A program made the translations under genes and the position numbers. 64,000 nucleotides of DNA, from assembly GCA_030704615.1 (NCBI GenBank), contig CM060731.1, positions 13,144,001 to 13,208,000 on the forward strand. The letters run 5' to 3'. The notes below the pieces were generated by a model. That model was given only the letters and a program-made list of their open reading frames with translations, was not told the DNA's origin and searched no databases. This DNA is from Takakia lepidozioides. Its lineage: Eukaryota; Plantae; Bryophyta. Within the stretch, counting starts at the first letter, position 1. The number at the start of each line of letters is the position of its first letter. Positions 38,820-51,089 of the stretch are shown piece after piece.

Positions 38820-39542
38820 TGAATGTCGTTGACGACATTCACTTCTTTGTCTGAGTCATTCTTAAGCGAGTATATGAATTCACCTGGTTAGGATCTAAGG
38901 GTGTAATTATAGTGTATCTGAATAGAATTGATAATGTCCTTGAATGACGTTGACGACATTCAAATACGGAGTTGTTGAGAGGTCCTCAAAGTTATGTAAA
39001 TTTTTGTAATGTCCATAGAGGTTACAGTGAGGGTTCCTCACTTCATTTTGCTGAATGTCAATGCAGACATTCAGTTGTTCTGCATTGTTTTTGCCTCTTG
39101 CGAGGAATCTGGAGGCTTGATAAGCTCTGTTATGAGAAATCCAAAGTGAATGTCGTTGACGACATTCACTTCTGTGTCTGTATTATTCAACAGTGACAAT
39201 TTGAATTTACATGGATTGGGAGCTAAGTAATTGGTTTCTTTTTGGTATTTTTGTGAATGGCGTTGACGCCATTCACATACAGTGATGTTGTGAGGTCCTT
39301 AGTGATATGTTCGTTATGAATGTGCATTGAGTTTTCCTGGAGGGTTCCTTACTCGAGTTTATGATTTCCATCCTGTGATTTTGCTTCATTTGAGGAATAA
39401 TTAGGCTTCATTAGTGAATGTCGTTGACGACATTCACTTCTATGTCTGTGTCATTCCAAAACGATAGTTTGCATTCACCTGGATTAGGGTGTATTTACAG
39501 TATCATTGCATGGAATGTTTTGAATGGCGTTGACGACATTCA
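38820..39542. repeat. Array of six 22-28 bp palindromes in the long intron 5 of the cargo gene
   Basis: TGAATG(T/G/A)CGT-TG-ACG(A/C)CATTCA at 38820, 38941, 39144, 39252, 39413 and 39521, arranged as three diverged ~270-330 bp units with two sites each. Confidence 0.92.
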
Positions 39543-42356
39543 CATCTGGAGCAGTCGTGTGGTCCTGAAAGGTCCTTGGAGCAGTTCTCAAAGCCATTTC
39601 AATCTATGTTTTTTCATTCTGTTCTACTTGCATCTTACTCACTGAGCGCTTTTGTGGGTTGGGATTTATCTCTTTTTTCAGGTACACGAAATATGTGCTT
39701 ATGGAAGGAAATCACTTGAGCGGAATTCCAGACTATCTTGACATGTGGTCGGACCCTGCAAACGATCCAACCATGTATACTGCAGGGATATTGAAGGACT
39801 GGAGTCCTTCTCACTTCAGAGACTGTGGGTGGTACCTTGACTGCCCACCGGAGCACACGACCTTTCAAGAACAGCATATGAAATACTTGAACAATAACGC
39901 TGAGATGCTGGCGCCTTTGACTGACGAAGAGTACCAACGAAACATAGCAACATTGGCTGCCAAGGAGCCTGATGCTCAGGGAACGCCGCAGAAGGGAAAG
40001 AAGGCGGGCCGCAAACCAAAAGACAAGGCTGTTGATGTCATAGCCATCTCACCAGCAAAGCCAAAGGACAAAGACAAGTCCAAAGAGAAGGAAAATGACA
40101 AGGGGAAGGAGAATGGGAAGGAGATGGAGAGTGGGCAGGACTTTACTGCTGGAAGATATACCCGCACTCTTCAGTGCGTGTTCGATGCCAAGCCACACCC
40201 TTCCCGTTCTGATTCAGCAGGAGAGATGAAAATTGTTAATGAGGGTTGGCGTTCGATGATGCAGAGTCGAAAGAGAGGATACACTGGGGTGCCATCCCCT
40301 ACCTGGAACAATATAATCTCATTCCTCAATCTGGTGAGAATTCCAGTTTCTTTCCTTTTTCTCTGAAAGTTTCGTTGGCAGTATTTCAGTCTCGTTCTTT
40401 GAAAACATTCTTGCCATCGTTCTTATAAAAAACATGTTTGTTGCAGGTGCGCACAGGTCCCACCTTCGTGTGCAGTGTGCAGAAAACTTATGCGGCCGAC
40501 ATTGTCATTCTCGACATCCCGGATGGCCAGGCTGTGCCAGAAGTTCTTCCAAAGGGCAAGATGCCAGGCTGGAACAAATTCGAGGACAACTACTGGAGTT
40601 GGGTGTTCGGGTTCTGTAACAACTTCCTCTCTGATACAGGGACACTTCTGCTTTTTCAGTCATGTGACAATGATAGTCGTCGGGCATTGGCATCATATCT
40701 CAAGTCTTCAGGGTTTGAAGTTTTGCGCACATGGAATTGTGTGAACAGCCTCTACCTTGTGAAAGGGGGTTTCCCTGGTCAGCTGGTATGCCGTCTCCCT
40801 TCTGCTTGTGCTTTCATCATGAGTTTCAATGTTCTCTGCAGCTCCACTCTAGTAGAATGTGTTATGATCGACACCGATCATCACCGATTCATGATTTTTT
40901 TGTGTCTAAGTTCTGAATAGCCGATGTACACACTTCCACTATAGATTGTGTTTACCACACTGACCTGCTATCTTTGGCAGACGAGGATGTTCGAGGCGAT
41001 CTGCCTACGGAGGATTCGCACCTCAAAGACACCATCCTCCATCCGCAGCTTTGAGATTTCTGACAAGGGTTGTTTTGTCAACCCCCCCTATGAGCCCCAT
41101 GTCGATGACATTTTGTACAACTTCATGCAGTCCAGTCAGATTCTGAAGAGACCAGATGGCACTCCCTGGAGAGGTGCAAAGGACTTGCGTTCATGCAAAT
41201 ACTGCTGGAGTCATGCAGCCACCGGCTCTACACGGGTGGTCGATCTTTCTGTGTCCACAGGTTCGTTTTTTCCCTTCCGAATGGTTTTCTTTCAACAGTT
41301 TCATCTGCTTAAATCCCCCCCTCCAAACTGTTCATGTTCTCCTATCTGGTGCAGGAGCAACTTACCATGCATGCAAGGCAGGCGGAAGAAGCTTTTTTGG
41401 CATGGAGGGTGATTCTGACCTCTACAACACAGTGCTCCTCCCCCTTTTGTCTGGCTCCACTTCAGGCACACAGACTGATCGGATTCAAATTCGAAATGAT
41501 GACGATCCCGAAGATAAGCAGGTCGACAACGACTTTTCATGTGAGTAAGTGCTAAACCCTCTTTGGGAGTCATACTCAATTTCTCAATAACATCAAAGTT
41601 ACAGTAATAACTTTTTCAGGCTGTCTTTCAGGAAAGGCAGCGGTGGATCTTCAGGAGATACAGTCATTTCTGGCGAGTCTGTTTTCGACAGCCCCCTTTC
41701 CAATTTTCTGCTTCCTGTTTATGCCGAAGCAATGGCACTTCACGCGGCCGAGTCCCTATCCCCTGACTTTTTAGTGGCCAGCCGTAGGTGTATCCAGCGT
41801 GGGTCCGGTGTTCTAAAATACTTAGACTTAGATGCAGAGGAAGCGGGGATACATTGTACTGACTCTGAGTCAGACTGAACTGTATTCTTTTAATATTCAT
41901 TTTCATACTATCTGGAAAACGTTGAATCCCATTCCTCCACCGTAGTTGTTCCTTTAGAACAAATAATAATCACAGAATCAACTTTCATTTAAATTGCAAT
42001 ATGTATGAATCCATCTCACAAACCTCCCTGACTCTTCTTATATCCATTGTGCATTCATCTACAGTGTATTCATGCGTGCTCCATTCATGAATTTTTTCCT
42101 TTGTTCAACATCCATTGTACATTCATCCTCTGTACTCTTTAATCTACCCCACAAACCTTCCACACTCATTTCATATACGTTGTGCATTCGTCAAAAGTTT
42201 TGGTCATGCATCTTCCTGTCATGAATTTTTGTCATTGCTCAACATCCATTATACATTCATCCATTTTACTCTTATCCATCCCTCATTCATCCATCTACAT
42301 TCATTTTTCACACTCATCCATCTGTTTATCATCCAACTGTACATTCATCCATCCAA

Positions 42357-45300
42357 TGCTCTTTCCACTCGCCCCTTTGTTGTGAAACCCTGCTTCTTGA
42401 GAGGAAAGGAGTATATGCTTCAGGCTTGTTTTATGGTGGAGAAAAGCTGGGTACCATATGCGTTGGTGGATCTTGCCCACGCTGTCAGGGTCAGTTAGGT
42501 CTTTCTCGCGGGATCTGCTCTACATCCTGCTGCCTAAGTGGTTCGCTAATGCGTGTTATCAATGGCGGCTCCTCGCCTTGCCGTATTTTCTCCTGCTGTT
42601 GTGATATCACCGTCTCACATTGCGCATTGGGGTGTGGTTGCAGGGAATGGCTATTGTTCGTGACTTGTCTTTTGTAGCCCGTAGAGAAGGGGAGAGCCTG
42701 TTTCTTCATATTAGTGTGGAACTTGTTGTTGAAACTAATCCTAGTGTGGAAACTAACCCTGCTGTCACTCCTTGTTCTGCTGGTGTCGTTCCTGTTGCTC
42801 CTCCTGTTGTTATTGCATTGGTAGATGAGGGTTCTGGGATAGCCAACCCCGAGGATCTCTCTGTTTATGTTCAAAGTGATGAAGCCTTGGTGGCTGGATG
42901 AACCGAGCCTACGCTGGCTCGGGAATTGAACGGTCTGCCCTCCCATCCTGTTCATGTTCAAGGGGTAGACAGGTCTGGTTTGGATGTTTGGGCTACTATG
43001 AGCGGTATGTCGGGCCCAATAACGAGTCCGATGCATGTGCCTGTGATTAGCCTCCCTAATCCCACTCTCGGGGGAGGGACTAGCTCTTTAAATTCAAGTT
43101 TGCATCTGAGTGCTGTCCCTTTGTTGAATGTCTCCAGTCTTGCTGCGGGTGGGGGGACAGTAGCATCAGTGCCCTCCACCTCGTCTGTTGGTCATGCATG
43201 TCATGTGGGAACTCTTCCTGTTCAACAGATGGGGGGATTGCCACGGACTGCAGCTAATCAAATTATGGGTACACATGCTAGCAATGTCAATATAGTCCCT
43301 GTTCATGCTAGCAATTTAAGCTCTAGAACAGCTCCTATGGTGGGAGTGACATCCACTCCTCCCATGAGTGGCGTGCCACAGTCCCACCTACAGTCAGTTT
43401 ACCCAGCTGCTCAGTCAAATGTGGTGTCACATGCCCTTCCCATGTGCATGCGGGCACCACATGCAAGTCTGTCATCCTCTAGTATGGGACCAGCCATTAG
43501 TGGGGTTAATCAAAGTACTACAGGCATCTGCTGTTAATCCTATACATGCTGCCAGTACCTCTTCTGTTCCTACTTAGGCCACTATTCCCTGTTGCGCTGC
43601 TCATGCATCTGTTCTTCCTGGCCACATAAATCACATTCTGCCTTGTTATCTGATCCCTCAACTCACCACTCAACCCTATCCAGAGTATACTTTAGGGGAA
43701 GACTTTGATAGATACCTTCAAATGTTTGAAGTCATTGCTAGCATAAATGGAGTGCCTGAGAACTTCAAGATGACCATCTTTAGGATGAGCATGAAGGGGT
43801 CAGCTTGGGACTTGATGCATGTAGCAGTCATGGATGATCCCAACCTCAATTGGGCGACCCTTATAGAATGGGCTAAAACCTTGTTCAAGCCTCCTGAAAG
43901 ACCTCTAGACTGCTTTGCTAAGCTCTCTTCCAGGACTTACCAGCGGTGGCAATTTTACATGGACATCAAGTTTGCTGCTGTTGAGAACATCATTGACCCA
44001 ACAGAGAGAGATCGCATGGTCAAAAGGTATTTTCTCCTTGGCTTGCCCCCTGCTATTCAGAATTGGGCTCAGCGTCGTCATTTTGTCAATGACAAAACTA
44101 CGTTAGTAGAAATTAACCTTAAGATAGTAGACTTGGCTGACAGCAAATCAACACAACATCATGCCAAGTTTCAAGCTCCAATGGGCTCCGAGCTTGGCAT
44201 GGCTGCAACATCTGTGTCTTATGTTCCTCCTGCTATGCATTGTAAGACAGATGACTTCACCCTTTGAGGATTGGCCAACACAGTAGGCAGTCTTAGTGAG
44301 TCTGTAGCCACTCAATTTGTTGCAATGCAAGCTCACCAACAGCGTTGGCAGCCTCGCCAGGCACAAGGGCCAACAGTGGCAATAATAGGGGTCGCACCCA
44401 AATTGGGCAGGCAATGAAGGTAATCGTGCTGCATGTTACATCTGTGGATCTTTTGAGCACTGGACTACATTGTCCAGACAGGGCAGGGTTACCAGAGCTG
44501 ATCAAGAACAGAAAAGCTACTGGTGGTTCTTCCCCTTTTTTAAAGTAGAGAGACCTCTTGGGAAGGGGGCAAGAGGTCAATCATCTACCAACCCTACCTC
44601 TCTTATACCAGTTCAAGTTGTTTTATCTACTAACTTCAAGGCCTTGCATTGTCCTCTCAGCATTGCTGACCAGCAGATCGGTCCCCTTATGCCTCAGTGC
44701 CATATCCATGAGCTAAGCTTTCCCTGCGTGATTGATACATGATGCACCATATCTGCCATCCCTTTGAATGTAGTAAGAGTCCTTGGTCTTAAGCTATGCC
44801 ATGCTTCAAGAATGGAGGTTCTGATTGCTGATGAGTCGAGATATGAGCCTCTAGGATTAGTCACTGTGCCCATCAGGATTCACAAGAAAGAGGTGGTGGC
44901 CTTCCTTTGTCCAGCTGCTCACTTCCTGGAAGTTGAAGGTTGGAGGAGACTGACTGCCCTCAAGCATTGTCTGGTGGCCACAGGTGTCATAGGCAAGAAG
45001 TCAAGATTCTAATTGCTAATCCTAAGCGCTTCCCTGTGACCATTAAGAAAGGACAGGTCCTGGCTCGCATCACTGCTTTACCCATTGCTGAAATACAAGA
45101 GGTGCAAGCTGGCTTTGGACTAGAGGCCATAGGCATACAACATGGCCCCTTGGATGCTGTTGCTGCCTTTGCGGCGCCGTGGGTTTTGGCTTGTGACACC
45201 TCGCCACACGGCGGACAACTAAAGCTAGGGCTTTTGTATAAAGACGGCGCCCTGACACAAGGTCAGGGCAGTATACTCGGGTGTTAGTGTATATGTGATT

Positions 45301-48300
45301 TTGGTGTACAAGCTTTGGATGAGAGCTGCTTTGTGTTAGATCCGTGTGTTTGATCCTCCTCTCGTGCGCCGTGACGTGGCATTTGCGCAAGGTGACGTGG
45401 CGTGAGCGCAGTTGCGCTCACGCGCTCACGTGACCAGGCTCACGTCGAGGCATCCCTGCATCCCGTCCTTGTAGTGGAGTGATCCCACAAAAGTGACTTG
45501 AAAATCACACGAACGAGATCGTCACTGCAAACCAGGCAACCTCGAGGGTCAAAGGTTCAGCACCAGCTCAAATTGAGTGCTGTAAAGCCCCATATTTGTT
45601 TAGCCTGAAAATGGCCCGTTTCATCCAAAATGGCGATACACATCCATAGTACACCACCACCTGTCTCTGATCTCAGTCCTGAAGGTAAGAAAGCCCTCAC
45701 CAAAGTGCTATCTGAAATCAAGTTGGATACCACCCTCTCCTTAGGGCAAAAAAAAAGAGTTGAGATGCTTATTGCAAAAAATCTAGATGTCTTCAGCTTG
45801 GGGTTCACTGATTTAGAACGCACACCCATCCTTCAACATGACATTGTTACAGGAGGACCTCCTATCAAATAATTTGCTTACCGAGAAAGTGTCAAGGAAC
45901 GTGCTATAGTCCAAGAGGAAGTCCAGAAAATGCTTGATGCTGGTGTGATTAAGCCATCAGTTTCTCCTTGGGCTAGTCCAATTGTCCTGGTTGGAAAGAA
46001 AGATGGCACCACCCGCTTTTGTGTTGACTTCAGGAAACTAAATGACATCACCAAGAAGGATGCCTACCCTCTGCCTAGGATCAATGAGACCTTGGATCAA
46101 TTGCATGGTGCTACAATTTTCTCCTCTCTTGATCTTGCATCTGGTTTTTGGCAAGTTCCTCTCACTGAAGCAGCCAAGGAAAAGACCTTGTTTGTGTGTC
46201 GCATGGGCAAATACCAATATGAAACCATGCCATTTGTTTATGCAATGCCACCTCACCATGGACATTGTCTTGGGTAATCTTTGCTGGGAATGTGTCTTAA
46301 TTTATGTAGATGATATCAATGTGTATTCAGCCAGTTTTGATGCCCACTTGACTGACCTGCAACGTGTTTTCAGCAAATTGCGTACTGCAGGCCTCAAAGT
46401 AAAGCCAGAGAATTGTGAGCTATTCATGCCTGAGCTACACTTTCTTGGTCATATCCTCTCCAAGGATGGTTTGCTTCCTGATCCTGCAAAGCTTGAGTTT
46501 GTTTGGGGCTTTCCTATTCCCAGGGATAAAAATTGTATCAAATCCTTCCTGGGTCTGGCTTCTTATTATAGGCGCTTCATTAATAACTTTGCCAAGCTTG
46601 CTTACCCTCTGACCAAGGTGTTGTGCAAAGATGCCAGGTTTGAATGGACCTTCTCCCAGCAGGCTGCCTTTGACACCCTTCGCAACGCTTTGTGTTCAGC
46701 TCTCATCCTGATGTTTCCCAACTTTGAATTACCTTTCTTGCTTCAGACTGATTAGATGTTGTCATCTCTGCAATCTTATGTCAAGTTGTAGAAGGCAAGG
46801 AGCATGTAATAGCTTATGCATCTCGCCGTCTTGATCGTCATGAAATGAACTATTCCATATCTGACAAGTCTGGCCTCAGTATTTGGTGTGAAGCATTTCG
46901 GGCAATATTTGCATGGTAGTCGGTTTGTGGTAGAAACTGATCATCTTCAACTTAAGGCTATTGTTAAGCCAAGATAACTTCATGACAGACTTGCTAGATG
47001 GGCTATGTACCTGCAGGAATTTGACATGGATATAGTCTACAAGAAGGGAAAGGAGAACACAAATGCTGATGCATTTACACGGGTTGATCCTCCTGTCAGT
47101 AGGCCCATGCTCACCTTGGATGACCTTGCTGTTGCTGATGCAGCCCCTTCTCCTGATCCTGCCCCTCTTCTCAATCTTTTTTGTGCAGATCAGTACCCAT
47201 TGGCCTTGGATTCACATGGCGTATTGGCTGCTTGGGGCAGGTCTAGCCTTCTTGATGATCCTGGTTGATCAGCAACAGTAGAAACTGATCAACCAGTTTC
47301 TCCTTGTTACTATGTGTGGTGGATTTATCGCTTAGAGAGAATTCGGATGGTTTGGTGGAAGTTCCTTGTTGTGTTTCAGCTCTTCTCTTTCCTAGGCCCT
47401 CGAGTATGTTTATTTCAGCTTCTGCACTCCGGTGCGACTATTGGCTTGAGCCTCAAGGCTTGATTTGGCTGTCCATGATTAGTAACAAATGAGGTGAAAG
47501 TATCCCTGGCTGGAGATCATAGGTGCAAGCACTCCAGACTACCTTCTCTAAAGCCCATTGTCTACCTCTTATGTGCAGTGCAGTCATAGATGATCAGCTA
47601 CATGCTGCGCTACTCCAATGATGTCAATCAGGGCGTTCGCCAGCTGGCCTTTCCGAGTCCTTGCATAAACAAATTCTCTATCATGTGTCTACTCACCGTT
47701 TCATGGGTGATAAGCTTTTCAAGGAGCTCACTAGAGGGGGAGTACCATGCTTTTGGAGGTGCCACCACGGATCCAGCTGAATGCTTTATTGGAGAATTTC
47801 CATTGTTCCTTGTATGCAGGTCACCTTGGTATCAAGAAAACTGTGGCCCGCATCCAAGAGGTATACTATTGGCTGGGAATTCACCGAGACGTCACGAAGT
47901 TCATCTCTAAGTGTGAAGGTTATCGTGCTAACATTGCTCTTCCTAGGGCCTGGATCTTGTATGAGCTGCAGCCTTTGCCCGTCACCCATGCTTTTGCTCG
48001 TGTTGGCATTGACTTAGTAGGACCCCTCGCACTCACATCAATGGGTCGAAGCTACCTTTGTGTTGCTATCGACTACTTGACTAAGTGGGTAGAAGTCCGG
48101 CCTTTGCGTTCCAAGGCTAGTGATGCTGTAGCTCAGTTCTTCTTCAATGAGATCCTTATGCGACATGGGTGTCCTCGGGAGATACTAATGGATCAGGGCA
48201 AAGAGTTTTGTAACCAGCTCCTCACGGTGGTTTGCTTCAATTTCGGTGTTAAGCACTCCACCACAACCCCATACCATCCCCAGACCAATGGCCTTACGGA

Positions 48301-49630
48301 ACGCTTCAACCAAACTCTCTGCCGAATGTTGGAGAAGAATGGCTCAGTTACAAGGGAGTTGGATACCTTTCTTCCCCCTATTCTCTTTGCTTATCTCACC
48401 GCCGTGCATGCTAGCACCAAGAAGACTCCTTTTGAGTTGTTGTATGGTCGCAAGTGTGTTTCTCCTTTGCATTCTACCCCTCTTATCTCTACTGTTGCTG
48501 ATCCGGTTGATCTTGAGACCTTTGTTGAGGATCTTCATGCTCGGCATGCGGTGTCTATCCATGATGCCAAGACGAACATTGGTAAGGCTCAACTAACCCA
48601 GGCCCGTAATTTTAACAAGTGTGTTAAGTATTCTAACATGTTTCAGGTGGGACAAACCGTGTGCGTTCGATTACAGCACGGCAAGCATGCATGCAAATCT
48701 AAGCTCAAGATCGACGGTCCATACTTTGATCTATCAGATTTTACGTGGGCGACGTGCTCTCCTTCTTCCACAAGGCTCTAATACTGAAGTGCGGGATGAA
48801 CCTGTTTCCTTGACGGACTTGGTGCATTCCGAGCTGGTCTTTGATCTTAGGGTGATGTCTTGATCTTCTTAGCCGATCTACTTCAGCTTGATCCTCTTCT
48901 CTTCAACGGCTTAGTTTTAGTTTGCGGATGCTGTCTCTTGGGGTCCTAGGACTTGACCTCTCTAGGACTTCGCAACATTTTTCATGATATATCACCATCT
49001 ATACTCCCTGCACGGTTTTCCTAGCCAAGGATTTTGTCCTTGGCCCAACTTGCAGGTGCTAGGTTTTCCCTTGGTAGGTTTTTTACCCAACAGTAGAGGG
49101 TGATATCTCCCTATTATTTGTTTTCCTTCGCGAAGCTCAGGGGCTTTTCGTGGGGGGTAGGCTTCAAAGATGTAAAGCCCCATATTTGCTTAGCCTGAAA
49201 ATGGCCCCAAAACAGCAATACACAACCATAGTATATTTTTTTGGCGTGTAAAGCCGTTAAACCGTTACAATGATATCTAGGTTAGGGTTAGTTTTGGCTG
49301 GTGGCTCGATCCTGGCCCTTCATCAGATCTAGGGTAACAAAGCGGCGCCGTGGGTTTTGGCTTGTGACGCCTTGCCACGCGGCGGGCAACTAAAGCTAGG
49401 GCTTTTGTATAAAGACGGCGCCCTGACACAAGGTCAGGGCGGTGTATTCAGGTGTTAGTGTATATGTGATTTTGGTGTACAACTTTGGATGAGAGCTGCT
49501 TTGTGTCAGATCCGTGTGTTTGATCCTCCTCTCACGCGTTGCCTGCTCTTTCCGCTCGCCCCTTTGTTGTGAAACCCTGCTTCTTGAGAGGAAAGGAGTA
49601 TATGCTTCAAGCTTGTTTTAAGCCTTCACA
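42357..49630 (+). mobile_element. Degenerate non-chromoviral Ty3/gypsy element with scrambled 5' LTR
   Basis: tRNA-Ala-like PBS TGGTGGAGA at 42434; gag with CYICGSFEH knuckle; protease IDT*; RT (SPWASPIVLV, YVDD); RNase H; integrase 47747-48781 without chromodomain; 5' LTR pieces at 42357-42433, 45171-45368 and 45581-45651. Confidence 0.9.
49171..49630 (+). repeat. 3' LTR (TGTAAAGCCC...AGCCTTCACA)
   Basis: TGT...ACA ends, upstream G-run PPT, TATAAA box, matches the three 5' LTR fragments. Confidence 0.9.
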
Positions 49631-51089
49631 GGGCCCTGCCTCAATATGCCGGAAATCGCATTTTTACTAAGATCTGAATTCCTTGGATGAGTTCCTTGGA
49701 AGAAACATGCCCTTATCACAGTTTTGGTCATAATTTTTTCTTAGTTATTGGCAATTGATTGAGCAAATAGGTAGCAAAGTTTGGTTCAGTTTAAAAGAAA
49801 TACATGTAGGTCTTTGAAGTACATCTGAACTTACATTGTGTGAATCATAAATCCTGAAAAATGACTGGAATATCTCTTAGTTACGCGAGCTTTGGCTGGA
49901 GTCTTCTCTCTGGAGGTTGCAGCTATATGGTCCACAAGTTGCCAAGAAGTAGATCCTAGAATCTGCTCGGTTAGAACTAAGAAATAGGACATTTTTCTTG
50001 TGATGTGGGATCTTTGTAGGCTCCACATTTTCAGGCTTTGAGACCTATCGACGCCTCAGTAGTGATAAAAACAAATGAGATACCAAAAGTGAAAGCTGAA
50101 ACTTACACATGACAATCTTCAGTTTATTCATGACGAGAAATCCTCCTGCTCTTTCTGCGCAGACACATTTGTGAGTACAAGTGTGATATTTGAGATGCGC
50201 TTGCTCACGTACGTTTGAGTCATGTCACAATCTGCACCTTACATTACCTGACATTACCTGACTTCTATCAGCAGCCAAAGAATGCACTGTAATTGCAGGT
50301 GAAAGAGCTGTCGTGGAGTATGGAAACTCCTGCTTAGTGCCAATCGACGGGTTTCTTAACCGTTATGCTTACCAGTCCCTTGGCAATCAAGCAGTGCAGG
50401 GCAAAGAAGTGACTTGGCGGAACTCAAATTAGCATTTGAAGTGGTGCTCATCTTCTTGGATCTAGCTGCTGCTGTGGTTTTGACCTGGGTCTGGCCACTC
50501 CCTAATTTGCATCAGGATCTTTGGTGTCTCCGTCACACACAAGATTTCACACACATCTGATGACTTCTTCAATAACTTAGCCTGCCATCTCACAGCCGAC
50601 AGCTCGACAGGATTGCAAACAGTGTTCCAGCAGTGATGCTTTTCAGCACACACATTATGCAGTCCACTCCAAAATCAGGATGATCATGCCAGAAAGTTGC
50701 ACAGGTCAGGAAGGAACCTCCAACAATTGAGAACAACCTAAGACAGTTGTTTCCTCAGCATCTTCGAATCTGAGCTTCTGCCATTGCCACAGTTTCCGTA
50801 CTTCAAATTTCTCTTTGCCCTGGCAACTTTAGTCGGGTGTCAAGTGCGAACCACAATGTCGCCTCTGACACATTTAGGTGGTGCTCTTTGTGAGGAGCCG
50901 TCCATACAAAGCTGGCTTGTTTGGGGTTCCTAAATTTTTTTGAGGGTTAGGACCATATCTCCAACTAAACATGACATAGCACAGAATAAACAAGCAGGCA
51001 TAATGAGCACAAATTTGTCAACATGTGGTTCTGATCTCTGAAAGCACCAAAATGAACATTAATAAAGCACACAAAATACTGGTAGATTC

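Larger units (their letters stand above)
35964..41540 (+). pseudogene. Multi-exon ParB-like + beta-class amino (N6A/N4C) DNA methyltransferase-like gene, frameshifted; approx. exons 35964-36260, 36997-37624, 37719-37910, 37995-38428, 38515-~38700, 39682-40333, 40447-40785, 40981-41260, 41355-41540; last exon unresolved
   Basis: GT-AG junctions. Exon 2 reconstructs across indels to IPL..MISMPVVRPPLFHDITKLESDFVHGY..FYVS...MFYVW-DGNH. Exons 7-9 give ADIVILDIPDG, FLSDTGTLLLF, PWRGAK..FMQILLESCS, VVDLSVSTGATYHACKAGGRSFFGMEGD. Confidence 0.75.
31311..45479. mobile_element. Large Mutator-like DNA transposon with transposase and ParB/MTase-like cargo gene; right end rearranged with a gypsy element
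   Basis: CTCCACTA (31311-18) / TAGTGGAG (45472-79) termini; shared subterminal TGACGTGGCGTGAGC repeats at 31388-31575 and 45370-45446; two divergent genes inside. No TSD found, so boundaries are inferred. Confidence 0.72.

Noticed and set aside
38820-39542. CRISPR array
   Set aside because: Spacers are 80-185 bp and homologous to one another, the array lies in a eukaryotic intron, and no cas genes are present.
31311-45479. Canonical CACTA (En/Spm) element
   Set aside because: The transposase has MULE-type D-D-CxxH-E plus SWIM rather than TnpD motifs, and the 3-bp flanks (CTC/GAG) are not a direct TSD.
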